A stretch of 55,750 nt of DNA, counting the filler, from Bipalium vagum (lineage: Eukaryota), in NCBI GenBank assembly GCA_037834085.1. It is 3 parts of 3 records of this genome, joined end to end, with 100 filler letters (N's around TTAATTAATTAA, not from the genome) between each part and the next. Parts side by side here need not be neighbours in the genome. Positions count along the whole stretch, not along the records: positions 1 to 15,752 come from JBBMKC010147869.1; 2 more parts are not named here. One strand, given 5' to 3'. The notes under the pieces are model-generated. The model was not told the origin of the DNA, made no database searches, and saw nothing but the letters and a program-made list of their open reading frames with translations. Positions 1 to 15,852 of the stretch are shown here, one piece after another (positions within the stretch are counted from its first letter, which is position 1; each line of letters opens with the position of its first letter). The translations under genes were made by a program, and so were the position numbers.

Positions 1-29
1 TTTTCACACGACTTTTCAGTAATTTTTAT

Positions 30-68
30 AATTTATATGGGTGCGAACAAACTTTTGAAACGCACTGT
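30..68. mobile_element. Terminal inverted repeat end of a Tc1-like element (the rest lies outside the window)
   Basis: The reverse complement reads TA-CAGTGCGTTTCAAAAGTTTGTTCGCACCC, a typical Tc1 TIR pattern (TA, then CAGTG...AAAAGT...CACCC). Confidence 0.45.
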
Positions 69-80
69 ATATATATAATA

Positions 81-84
<4 letters not shown>

Positions 85-126
<42 letters not shown>
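85..126. repeat. (TAT/ATT)n microsatellite, intronic
   Basis: Perfect trinucleotide run a few bases inside the splice donor at 133. It explains the false poly-Ile tail of ORF 16..1098. Confidence 0.95.
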
Positions 127-127
<1 letters not shown>

Positions 128-133
128 TCATAC

Positions 134-3100
134 CTTTTTTCAATTGGAATACATTGCCTATTGTGACATTCCCATTCATTGGTTTCACAAAGAGAATACA
201 TGCACTTTTCTTCATCAATACCATTATCACAATTTTTGATGTAGTCACAATACTTATTCCAGGAGATATATTTTTCGTTATTTTGATTGCAATCGAAAGA
301 CTTTTCTCTTTGAGAATTAGTTTTCAAGGAATTTTTGGTTGGACAGTCTCTCTCATCTTCCCCACTTATGACACAGTCGACGTAGTTATCACAAATGTGA
401 TCAACACTAATCCAGTAACGATCTTTCTCACCACACCAAAATATATTGTGAATATTGGTACGGATTGTTTCTTCAGTAAGCCATTCTTCTGGTTCTCTTT
501 CTCTCAAGCAGAATTGATCCTGGTTTGGTTCTAAAGATTTTCTGGAAATCAGACCTGAATATACAGAAACACCAGTATTGTTTTGGTAATACATATCAAA
601 GTCTGATTTTATCAAATGTTGCAGGGTATTGTAAATTTTCGCAGACTCATTAGTCGATAAGACGGCCAGCTTGGAAAAATATGGTTTACAAACAGCTGAT
701 TTGTTTTGATGGTTCAATTTTGTGATCATCAGACAATGACCCTCAATAGGAAACCACAAATCGGGGCATCTGAACCCCTTAGGGTTGTTGATCTTTTGCA
801 ATTCTTTCAAAAAATGTTGAACTAAAACACTTGTTTTTTCAACTGTGACTGATTTTTCACATATAAAAGTCGCTGACATAATTTTGGACTCACATGGAAT
901 TTTTATCCAGTTTGACCAATATAAGGGGTGCTGCATCATCATTGCCGTACACAAATTACCATTATTTTCAACTGAAGGTTGTGGTAAATTGGTATTTATG
1001 TATGGTTTCAGTGATTTCGAAACATAGTTATAAATTGACCTGGTTGATCTGTTATACCATTCATGAAAGACTAAAGGTTCGTGATGACTCCATGTCATGT
1101 AGTAGAGATCCTATTCAAATAATATAGTTACATTTTAAATATTAATAGTAATAATGGATTGAAAATATGACATAGGCTGCTCGATATGTATAGCAAACTG
1201 GTTTAAATTGTACTTTTTTATATACCTTAACAAGTTCGAACAGTCACCCGATTACATGAAAAATAAATATTTCAATCTCAAGGTTTACTTCTCAGTATTG
1301 AAATGAAGGAAACTCGTGATAATTTCTGTGCCACGATATATTATGATAATCGACGAGAATTATCTCAACAATGGTGCACTATCAGCTTTGTGAGACTTTG
1401 GGCGATGAAGTTTCACACAAAATCGCTGTATATCTCTGGTTTGAAAAATAATATAATAATCGTCATTTACTGGCTGATAACTTTAAGGAAAGCATCCAAA
1501 ATCACTTTTAGTGCTAGCACAAATCAAAGAACTGATAAAGCTTGATCGTTATCAGATTTACCGCGATATTCAGTCGTCACTTGGCATTATATGTTTGACA
1601 TGAACATTTGGCTGTAATAAAGCTGTGTGACCTTTGGATTCCGTATAAATTAACGATTGGTCAAAAAGTGGGTCGTGTGGATTTTTCTAGAGAACTTTTT
1701 AAGAAATATAATTCCTGTTCGTCAAAATCGTTTTACAACATCATTACAGATGATGAATCTTGAATACATGCTTATAAGCTAGAAAAAAATTGTCAGTACT
1801 CTGTATGGATCTTTTAAGGTAACCCAAAGCCTTCAAAAGCTGTACTTTAGAAGCTGAGAAAACAGTCGATTTTGAATGTTACATCGACATCTATTTGTCA
1901 GAGGTCTTTGAAGAAATAAGACAGAACGTTTCAACACATCTGATCGTTGTCCAGTAAGAAAATTCTGGATCACACATTTTGCAATGAGCAGATAACTTTC
2001 TGATCTCCCAAAAATAGTAATCCCTATAATGATTTAGCTGTTAACGATTTCTTTTTATTTCAATTTGTGAAAAACAAACAGCATGAACAATGATTTTCGA
2101 TATTGGGGGTACTATTGGTGCTTTCCAACATACCTGATTTGTTAGGGACATATTACTATGGAATATAGTAAAAAATGTATCCATCATGTAGGAAAATATT
2201 TTTAAAAAAATTAAAAAATAATATTTTTTTAAATAAATTGAACTTTATTATCTTTTCGTAATATATTTCGAGCAACCCACTTATTATTATCGAGAGTGAA
2301 AAATACAGGTTTATGCATATATAGAAAAAATATTCGATTGTTTCTATTTGAATTTGATCGCATTTTAGTCAGTCGAAAATATCAGCTGTATGGTTGCTAT
2401 TAAAATGACAGGTTTCATTGTTTTGTCCTCTGTTTATTTATTAAATCAAATTTACAGACATTTTATGCTTCGAAATCAAAGACGGATCTTTCGATGGGGA
2501 CAGTTTTATGGACTTTAGTGACAAGCTATGCAATCATTTCGATCGAAGTCCTGGGGATGTATTGGTGATGGACAATTGCAGATTCCATTACCGCAAAGAT
2601 GTTATTAAGTTGCTGACAGAACGAGGTATTGCTTACAGATTTCTACCACCATACTCGTCTCAATTACAAGTCGCAAATATCATCCTTTATAAGAACCTTT
2701 ATAGATTGGGGTGATTTATAAGAATTGATTACCCAAGTACTCATGTATGACGATATCCATTTAAGTCATTACTTTCGCAACATGAGGCAGCTTATAGAAA
2801 GTCTTGGCTAGACAAGAATTATTTAGTGTACATTTCCACTACATATTTCTGAATAATTTTTAATATATTTTGAATATTTTTATATTTCTGCATAACCCTG
2901 TAATTTATTTATTAAAAGATTAAAAAAAAGATTTTTCAAAGAATTTAATGTTTAATTTTGAATTTTATTTAAATTTATGAGAAATACCAATGACCTTGAA
3001 TTGTTTTATTTGTTCTTTGACACATAATAAAATATGTGGTTTTCAATTGTCTAGATGCTTTTCCTCCTTCATTTTACCCGCCTATCACTAAAGGCTTTAA

Positions 3101-6100
3101 TTTTTCGTATAGCACGTTTGCTCCCAAGAGTATAGTAATTCGATCTTTAGAAAACTTGCAACTTGCCCTATTCTCTTTAGAAATTTTATGTTTTCTGTTC
3201 AATAAGCATTTCCACAAAGGTCTAGTTTCGTCACAAATATAAACCATTCTTTCTTTTCACTTTTCTATATACAATTCCTTACAATTAAGAACATACCTTT
3301 CATCTACGGTTTTAGATTCTCCAATAATTCTTTTCGATGATATCATATATACCTCGGAAGAAAAGAATTAAGCCAACAATTTGATGCCTTAAAATAATGA
3401 TTTCCTAAGTGATTTGCTAATTCTAATGCATTTTGTTGCAATATATCACCACTGACACTGATATTTCTTGTTCTCTGGATCTGGAACTATTCATATAAGA
3501 TGGCATCAACTTGATATCCACTATAAAAAGTGGTTTTCGTTTTCTTTGATATTTAAGTTTGAATTCAAAATGGAGTCTATGTGTCATTAGATTATTTATG
3601 CAGCTTAATGAAAGATTACATTTTGATGAAAGAAAGTGTTGAAAACGACCTTTATCTTCATCGAATAATTTTAAATATTTCTGTTTCTCTTCGATACCTT
3701 AATCCTTTCTCTTTCTTTTAGAATTTCTGTTTTTCATGTTCATAAAAGTCAGTTAAGAGTTAAATATTCAAACAAAAAATTGCATAAATTATTGATTTAT
3801 TTTGCACTAATTTTTGGTCATTGTTCAAAATAAACAGTGCTCGTATTACAAAACATAACTTCCCATGAAAACCACATGACTTCTAACAATGTTTGACTTA
3901 CGTTCATATAAAGCAGGGTTCATATTGAACGGGGTTGACTGTACTTGAAAGATTTTAATTTCTTAATTAATAATTTTATTTCAGTAAAAAATGTCTCAAC
4001 ATATCAAAATAAATTATTGAAAATTATCAAGGGAAAAGAAAATCATACTTTTGAATGGTTTAAAACCTCGGGCCTATTCTTTAGACCTATAAATATTACA
4101 ATACTGGTTTCAGAATAAAGGTCTCTCAGCCATTTTGTTAGAGATAACATTTTCAGATTTCCCATCTCATATTTATTGTCTATCTTTACCAAAGTGGAAC
4201 CTTTTTTCGAACATGCGGCACTAGCCTGTTCCCAGGTTAGTTCTTTGGACTTGGTCATCATGTAACAGCTATTCTCAAATCTCCACCACCCGTAATCACA
4301 CCCCGTATAATTTGGTTTGAAATCGAACGAAATATGACTGAAATAAATCACAAATGTGCCGAGACTGTTGATTTTTTTCAGTTTTTTCATTGAACTGGAT
4401 TGCAAATTAAACTTCAACAAAACATAGATATTCGTATCGGTCCTGGTTTTGATTACGTCTCCTTGCTGTACTTGTTCACACAAATTTGTCACATGAACGG
4501 CATTCCCAACGGTTTCCAGCATCGTCAACTGAAACTGATCACAATCCAAATCGAAAATATCAAATTCTAATGATAACACACGAATTCCGTTGCTTTCTCC
4601 TGTCTTACTAAAATGCCATTTGCATATAGGATTCATTGTGTTCATTGTATTCATTATTGATTGTGTGGACACAGTGGCACTATCGAAATTCAGTACCCCT
4701 GATTGAAGACTGTTGTCATTGTTGCATTTTATTCTTTGGCGCGATGACAACTCCAAATGTACAGACCAGCCTGAAGGGATGTTGATACATTTCGAATTGA
4801 TGTTAATATGAACGATGATCTTATTAGTGGTATTATCATCTTTTACTGTAACAGGGGAGATTGATATGTTGAAAATACATTTTTGAGAGCGAAGAACTGG
4901 TAGGACAACGGTAGTTCCAGGGTCAATTTTACTCTGTTCTATTTTATGACCCAATTTTGTATGTAACTTAAACAACGAAATATTCGAGGAGGCTTGAATG
5001 GTAAACCTTCTTTCCTTGAGTCGATATGATGCCTGTGTGACGGGTTGGTAAATGATCAAACATTTTTCAATATTTGCTGTAGATAGTTTCCGCAATGTTG
5101 ATATATTACAAGGATAAGATAGGAACAGAATATCAAGAATGGAATAATCGTTAATGGTCTTGCCAGGAACATCATCATTCCTTTGGAAGTAGTAATAAAT
5201 GAGTTTAGCAGGCAAATATTCAATGGGAATGAAACTGGAAGATTGACAATATGGCCCAAGTATTGGATTTGATGAGTTGCTATAGATATACAGACCACTT
5301 TGGTTACAGGAACGGTCCTGAGTATTATTAGTGATCAAAATCAACTTCTGAATACTGATATAATGAAAAACATAGTTTTGTGGAAGAAGCTTTATGTCAG
5401 TGCTGATCTGTACGGCTGTGTGATTGACAATTCTCTTCATTTTCATCCCCAGGCGTTGATCCAAAGTACTGAGCTGCTGAAGTTTCAACCTATTGGATAA
5501 ACTGGCAGCTGACACGATCATCTTCAGATCATGGGACATTTTTTTGTCAGTACAATTGAAAAATCGAACCACCACAGTGATCTGAAACGAGTCTGTCAAC
5601 CAGACATTTTTATCTACCACTTTCATTTCTTTCAATGTGACAAAGTTCACATCGAACATGAAATATGTCTGAAAGAGAACTTGAAAGACGTTTTGATCGA
5701 ATTCCGAGAACTTGAGCTTGATTCCAAATTGTATAGGGGCTTCGATGTTGAAGGCAAACAGACAAGACTTGTTGGTCAAGTCAATTGCAAAAATATTTTT
5801 CTTGTTAAAGTCAACCAAAGTACCTTCCACGGAGCTGTCCAGTTTAACGTAATGAGTTTGGGAAATTGTTTCATATTTCGGGTCCGACTCATAGATGTCA
5901 CTGTATTCAATGTCGAAAACATTACTCTTTCCTCGTTTGATCTTAAACTCAACCTTTTCGCTATAGACCACAAAGACCACTTTATTCAACAGAAATATTC
6001 CACAGTAAAACTTCTCGGAATGCTTCTTCAGTTGAGAGTGGTAGTAGGAGAATTTAATGTAGGCCTTTTTACAGGACTGTTGGGTTTTATTCTTATTCAC

Positions 6101-6740
6101 AAGTCTCATCCTGAAGACAATGCCGAGTTTAGTTTTACTGTCCACAGTTGAGGAACACTTGATAATGTCTCCAAAAGAATTTTCGGACAGAAATATTTTA
6201 TTATTCGTAATAAACAACTTTTCCCTGCAACTGGAAGTGGCCGGATCGTTGAGTATCACTGATAGTTTTATTATAAAACCAAATTGCTCCACTATTTCGT
6301 CGCTGTGAAATTGGAACTTGAGGTTTTTCGCTCTGGTCATTTTGTAGTTTCCCAAGATACTTCCACAATAGTACTCGGTTTTCGAACCATTGTTTTCGGT
6401 GATGGAAAGAAAGTCGCGATAAAGACAGCTCGGTGAAAATTCGATGCTCAAATATTTAAAGTAAATGAACAGATTCTCCGAATCATCATTGATGACTTCC
6501 AATTCACAATGGGTCGAAGGTGGGTATCGAAAAGTGAAAATATTCCCCGGAGATAGTATCAGCATCGATTGGTTCTTGTTAATATGAACCACCTCATTGT
6601 TACATATTGAAAAGGTCTGGGCCAAAATTTCGGTCCACTGTAACGATCTATGGCAAGACATTAAAGAATGGATTCTTTTTCCAAGATGAAACTTACATGA
6701 TTAGTATGATCTTGACTTTTATTAAGCTGTTTACAAGCAT
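134..6740 (-). CDS. Large extracellular protein: signal peptide, multiple CUB or CUB-like domains, C-type lectin domain(s), LDL-receptor class A repeats; 3'-partial (continues beyond the window start); possible GRL101/LGR-type receptor ectodomain
   Basis: Exons on the minus strand: 6740-6697 (MLVNSLIKVKIILI), a 49-nt GTAAGT...TAG intron (6696-6648, phase 2), 6647-4067, an intron GT at 4066 to AG at 1111 (phase 0, joining IGLKNRPE|DLYYMTW inside the lectin domain), then 1110-134 followed by a GTATGA donor. CUB signature: ILSPGN..YPP...C...IEFSPSCLYRDFLSI...YCG...FQFHSDE...GF. CTL signature: CDYGWWRFENSCY...TWEQASAAC...LVKI. LDLa repeats: CDNYVDCVISGEDERDC, CDYIKNCDNGIDEEKC, CETNEWECHNRQCIP. 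Confidence 0.8.
1173..2281 (+). mobile_element. Decayed mariner-family transposon inside an intron of the CUB/CTL/LDLa gene
   Basis: Imperfect TIRs: ggctgctcgatatgtatagcaaa (~1176) and ttcgtaatatatttcgagcaaccc (~2255-2278). A remnant IITDDES*IHAY near 1740 matches the mariner TGDESW motif. Many stops and frameshifts. Confidence 0.7.
2460..2670 (+). mobile_element. IS630/Tc1 (DDE_3-type) transposase fragment
   Basis: ORF 2508..2714 contains VLVMDNCRFH...YRFLPPYSSQL, matching the MDNxxxH...LPPYSPxLNPIE catalytic segment. It is truncated before the Glu. Confidence 0.7.
3000..3943 (-). mobile_element. pogo/Tigger-like (CENP-B-type HTH) transposon relic
   Basis: Minus-strand remnant RNISVSGDILQQNALELA (~3415-3470) resembles the Tc5/CENP-B HTH. 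The terminus reads TA-CAGTCAACCCCGTTCAATATGAACC at ~3943. Confidence 0.5.
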
Positions 6741-7476
6741 TTTACTAATGAAGTGAGATTACATTGTAATGATATTAAATGATATGACAGCGCAATATGC
6801 TCGTTTCCCGCGTAATATTTCAACCAAGATAACATTTTTTCGGTGGTTTTATTTTTATTAATTATACCAGGGTAACACAAAAGATTAAACGTCAATATTA
6901 GAATATTTTGTTTTGCTGTACTGTTTGATTAGACCGAATGAGACATTATTAATATTATTATTGAGAATAGTTGCATTTAAACAAATTATTATTAAATTAT
7001 TAATTCTTTGTTTAAATCTTTGGAAATCATGGTTCAAATTTGTGAGTCAAGAACTCTTCAATAAATTTTTTTGTCATTTTATTTCCTTTTATCAATCAAG
7101 ATTGGTCACGTTGAGATGATTATCTGTAGAGATATTTCTGTATAAAGAATCCTGGTAGAAATGATCTTTGGAATATTACGGTACATTTTAGCATGGCTAA
7201 GAGGTAAATTGGTATTTCTCAATTTTCAAAACTATGATGCAACGTTAAAGAACAGAAATAAGTCTTTTGTACGGAAATATAATTTTAAAATTTACAAAAT
7301 ATGATTGAAAATATCCTAAGAGAAATCATAGATATATGTAAGTTAAAAGTATGAAATGGGTCAATGATGGCAAAAGAAAATTGTTAGGAAAAAAAATTAA
7401 AACTGGGTAAATTATATTAAATGAGGATTCTGTAACGGAAAATAATAAATTGAAATTATTATTATTATTTATTTAA

Positions 7477-8672
7477 CATCTGACAATTAAAAATCCAGAC
7501 AATTTTCAAATCAATTTTAAACTAAGAATCAATATATTTAAAAAATTGAAGTGAGTCTTATTCTGTACAGAATTTTATTCTCTACACAAACTGTATGATT
7601 TTTTAATTTATATACTTTAGATAATATAAAAATATTAATAGAAAAGAAAGAAAAATTTCGAAAAAGCGTGTAGGCCTTTGCAATTTTGCACAAGTATATG
7701 CCGAATTCTGCGATCGTTTCGCACTTCATGAAGGAAAATGCTGCAAAATCTACCCTATACCAAATTCTTTGAAGAAAGAATAACATAAGTGCAGAACAAA
7801 AGACAGGAAGTGGCCGTACTCAAGGTAATTTGCAAAAAAAAACTGGCTTCAAAATTAAATGTTACCTAACAGTATGTACGCCAAATTTTTTTTAAAAAAG
7901 CGGATATTTGATACATGAAAAAGAAATACCTCAACAGGCTGTACTTTGTCCAAAATGTCACCAATTGGTTAACCTTTTTCGTGGAAGAATTTTGATTTTG
8001 GATGATGAGTCATATTTTCGTTTGTCAAACAACGATCTGGCAGCTAATTCTGGATTTTATACATCAAATATTGAAGAAACACCTAGCAGAATAAAACTAA
8101 AGAGAGTTGGAAACTTTGAGTAAAAATTACTGTTTTGGATAGCTGTCAGGTCAGGCAATCAAAACAAAATGATATATCTCAAGTGCATGAGTAAATTGAA
8201 AAAGTTTATTACTCAGCATCACAAGCACGATGAAATTGTGTTTTGGCCAGATCTTGTTTCCTCTCATTAGTAGAACGAAACGGAAGATTTCCTGAAGTCT
8301 AACAACATCAATTTTGTCCCAAAACATTGCAATTCTGAACGTGCCTGAACTACGACCGATCGAGGACTTTTGGTCGGAAATAAAACATCACGTTTACGAT
8401 AAAGGCTGGTGTGTCAAAAATCTTGATCAGCTTCAGAGAAGAATTGAATATTCATTGAAGAAACTTGATCATGAACGCTTAATTAAGCTATCGAAGTATA
8501 CATTAACTAGAGTCGATATTGTACGGCGCTGTAAAATGATAAAGGTTTAATTTTTTTAATTTAAAAAGACATTTTCTGTATTGTTTGAAAATAAATTTTT
8601 GAAATATAAATATAATAAGAGAAAAATGAATTTTTAATTTCGTTTGGTGTCTGTATTTTTAATTGTCACATG
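7477..8672 (+). mobile_element. Decayed DD37E-type (ITmD37E-like) Tc1/mariner-superfamily transposon
   Basis: TIRs catctgacaattaaaaatccagaca (7477-7501) and tgtctgtatttttaattgtcacatg (8648-8672). Catalytic remnants ILDDESYF, VFWPDLVSSH and NVPELRPIEDFW. The D-to-E spacing is 37 if one 2-nt frameshift is repaired. Confidence 0.8.
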
Positions 8673-10510
8673 ATACTAAAATTTTAATAATTGAAATTGA
8701 TAAAATACTAAAAAATACCAGCTGATTTTGTATAATAATAATATTATTATTTTTATGTTTTTTTAAAAAAATTCACATATTGATCTTGGATAAAAAGAAA
8801 TCGAATTATAATTCTGTGAGATTGCTTTTAGTCAATATTTGGTAAAACAGGATCAAAATAGAGATGAGAAGAACTGAATTTTTAATATTTCCATCAATTT
8901 TAGATAAATTTTTTAAATGTCAGAACAAACTGCGATGAATCATTGTTAAAATGAATAATATCTACTTCTATAAAGTAAAACACAAATTAATGATAGTAAT
9001 CGTTCGATCAAGTCAGACAATATGGAACACAACTACTCATAAACAGATAGGTAAAATCTTGATCTAAAGGGTTAAGGGAATGTGTCCTTAGCTAACCCAA
9101 CATGTATTTAAAAGTAGATTTAAATAAAGGTTGCTTAAAATTAATAATATTTCCTTAAATAAATAATAAATGTTAAAAATAAGTAAAATTACTAAAGATA
9201 AATAAGTTACATATAAACTGCTATACTTCTAAGTTATCTACTAATTATAGTTGGTATTGTGTAAAATTAATAAAATTTAGATTTTAATTTTAACAGGGAA
9301 CCAATCAGAATTCATAAAGGTTGAAAACAGAACTAGATAAGCCTCTGTTCTTAGTCGCACAAAAATTTTTTTTACTTAATAGAGAAAAAATTTCTGTGAG
9401 TCACTGGTAGATGAGCGCAAGTTACATTGTTGACATATAATAATAACAATTGTGACAGTAGAATTCAGTTATTGTGCATTGAGTGTCCATCCATAAATCC
9501 TTTATCATATTTATTTTGTTGAGTTACCTAAAAGTCCACAATTCGATTTTCATAACCCCATTAAACTCATTTTTAGGAACTTAACAAATTTTTAATACGG
9601 TAAAAACATTTATTTTACAAAGTCAAAGACGAAATAAGTTTAATAATAAAAGAAAATTTTTTTAATTAAATTAATTAACTTCGATAATTAAACAATTGCT
9701 TTTATATTATCGATTCTTTGTTTGTTTCCAATTTCTTTTTTTATTGTTTCCCACAACACTACTCTTCCAATCTCTGGGGTTTAGAGTATAATTTTTGTTA
9801 ACAGCCAGATCTCGTTAATTTTTTTATAATTAAATTAATATAATTATAATTAAAATTAAAATAAATATTATATAAAAGTATCTTATTGTAAAAATATAAT
9901 TTTGTATACAAATTTATCTTTGAAAGTGTTTGTTATTTTAGCTATTTTTTAACTATCTTATTATATTCACTTCCTTCAAAAGCTGAGTTGGTTAGCCTTA
10001 AATTTATTTTTATGATAATCAATAACCAAACCTTGTCGGTACATAAACCAAACAACAATAAATTCAGAAGTTTAAGTTGACATTATCTAGCGGAGTCTTT
10101 AAGACTAAGAAATGCATCATTCTGGTCAATGAGATTTTAAAATCGAGAGCATAAACGATCTGTTATATTTCTATTTGTAGGAAAATAATATCAAAATATA
10201 CTTTAGTCTTTCTAATAATGTTTTAAATTGTATATGGTTAAGATGAGTCTAAGTCTTATATAACTTTAAATTTACTATAAACACAGAAAATATAGTTAAA
10301 GAAGTAAGTGGTAAAAGATTAAATAATTTTCAAAAACTTGAATATTAAAAAACTTATTTATATAGTTTTGATAAAGAAAGTTTATTGTTGTAGTTTTGAA
10401 TTAATTATAAGTTAGGCCTTGTTTTAATACAAATTGTATAAACTATCAATTTAAATTTCTTTAAATTCAATTTACCAAAGTTTCATGCACTTTTCATATT
10501 AAATTGCACA

Positions 10511-14216
<3,706 letters not shown>

Positions 14217-14479
14217 TGGAAATATAGATTTATCTCAGATTTCTGTTTTTTCTACCTTAAAAATTTGTTATTATTATTGATAAAAAAAACTTTTCGTGAT
14301 TTTGTACTTAAAAATCGGTTTTCATATTTGCTTTAGAAATTAAAAATAAAAAAAACAAAAACTTTCCTATACTATAAAATATAATTTTATATAATCTCTG
14401 ACTACTAACCACATGATGTTAGGTTATTATATTGGTTGGAGGTTCCTCCACAATGATATTTTCTGATTTACTTATTGAG

Positions 14480-15600
14480 TCCTATAAAATCTATTAGTTT
14501 GAATAACTTATTATTTCATGTTCTATATACCAATCTAGTAAATTTCCTAAAATTAGTGTTTCATGAAGTGCGTTAACATTAATTTTTATTACATGTATCA
14601 GTGGATTTGTTAAATTTTAATTTCCTTTAAATACTGGCTTTATAATTAGATAATAATTTTTGGATAAATAAATCCACAGTTTTCCTCGGTTATGATTGAC
14701 GAAGTATATCCACTTTTCATCTGATATGACAGTACACGTCCAAAAGCGATCATCTAACTGGTCCTCGATATTATAGCTTTCATTTCTATAATATAGTATA
14801 AAATATGATAATAATTATTTGACTTGGGATGTAATCTCAACACATTACTCTTGTCTGGTGGTTTTTAGTCTATTAATTGTTAAAAATTTTCATAAGTATG
14901 AAGGAGACACAATGTCGAGACACACGAGCATCTCAAAAACTGGATATCAAATCAATATTTGACGTATGGATATTTCTTTCTTTAGTCATTTATCTGACAG
15001 AGTTGTAACTAGTGTACACTTTGACAATTGACTTCAATATCCTTGAGATCAAGTTTTACGATGAGATGGACACAATTCTTCTCTTTAATAATTTTGAAGC
15101 TTGTCAGTGGAAAATGACAAAAATATTGATACTTTTTCTGATGCTGACATGTTTTTAGTTGAAAAACTAGATCCTTCTAATATGTCTATATTTACTTTAT
15201 TGAGCCTTTTTTCTGAAATACCTTTGTTGCATCATAAACATTTAGGAACAATTTTAAGTCAACATAGACTTATGATAATAAAGAGATATTAGTCTGAATC
15301 ATCTTAATAGTCACTCCTCATACTTTTCTTTTAAGTTCATGAAAATAAGTAAGTCAAAATTAATATAGACAGCTGGGTTTCTCGAATAGGCTCCAACTCT
15401 TCAGTAATTTGCTGCTCTAAGCTGTGATTACATTATATTCTAGAAGTTCAATGTAATATTTCTCAAGAAGTCTGTCTAACAAATTTCATGGTATATCGAG
15501 TTTTGTCACTAGAAATATAGAACTCTGTATTCAACAGTTCAATCACTTGTATCAACCATCTTCACAACGACACAGGAATAATGGAACTAAAAAGGATCTA
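14480..15600 (-). mobile_element. Highly decayed Gypsy/Ty3-like pol (reverse transcriptase) relic
   Basis: Minus-strand remnants in the expected order resemble K.PYR (~14970), RVMC*DY (CVDYR, ~14840), D..xIAF (KTAF, ~14750) and LILGNLLDWY (FLGxxxxY, ~14535). No intact ORF. Boundaries are approximate. Confidence 0.4.
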
Positions 15601-15752
15601 ATCACTGAATAAGTAGACAGTAAACTTAAAATTGAAATTTTTTTTAATGATAGTGCCTCCAGTTAAAAATTATATTTAGACATAATATTGTTGATGGGAA
15701 ATATTGAATTTTAATATATATATATAGAAATATATAGAAATATATATAGAAA

Positions 15753-15852
15753 NNNNNNNNNNNNNNNNNNNNNNNNNNNNNNNNNNNNNNNNNNNNTTAA
15801 TTAATTAANNNNNNNNNNNNNNNNNNNNNNNNNNNNNNNNNNNNNNNNNNNN
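15753..15852. other. Assembly gap: 44 N + TTAATTAATTAA + 44 N (artificial spacer)
   Basis: Seen directly. An identical 100-nt structure occurs at 32243-32342. The spacer places stop codons in all six frames. Confidence 0.97.

Noticed and set aside
16-133. Poly-Ile transmembrane tail of ORF 16..1098
   Set aside because: Read-through past the GTATGA donor into an intronic microsatellite.
5531-6151. 206-aa antisense ORF (also 154..534, 30478..30735 and similar)
   Set aside because: Shadow ORFs opposite real exons, with no motifs or splice support.
15797-15808. TTAATTAATTAA as a biological motif
   Set aside because: It is centred identically in both N gaps, so it is an assembly linker.
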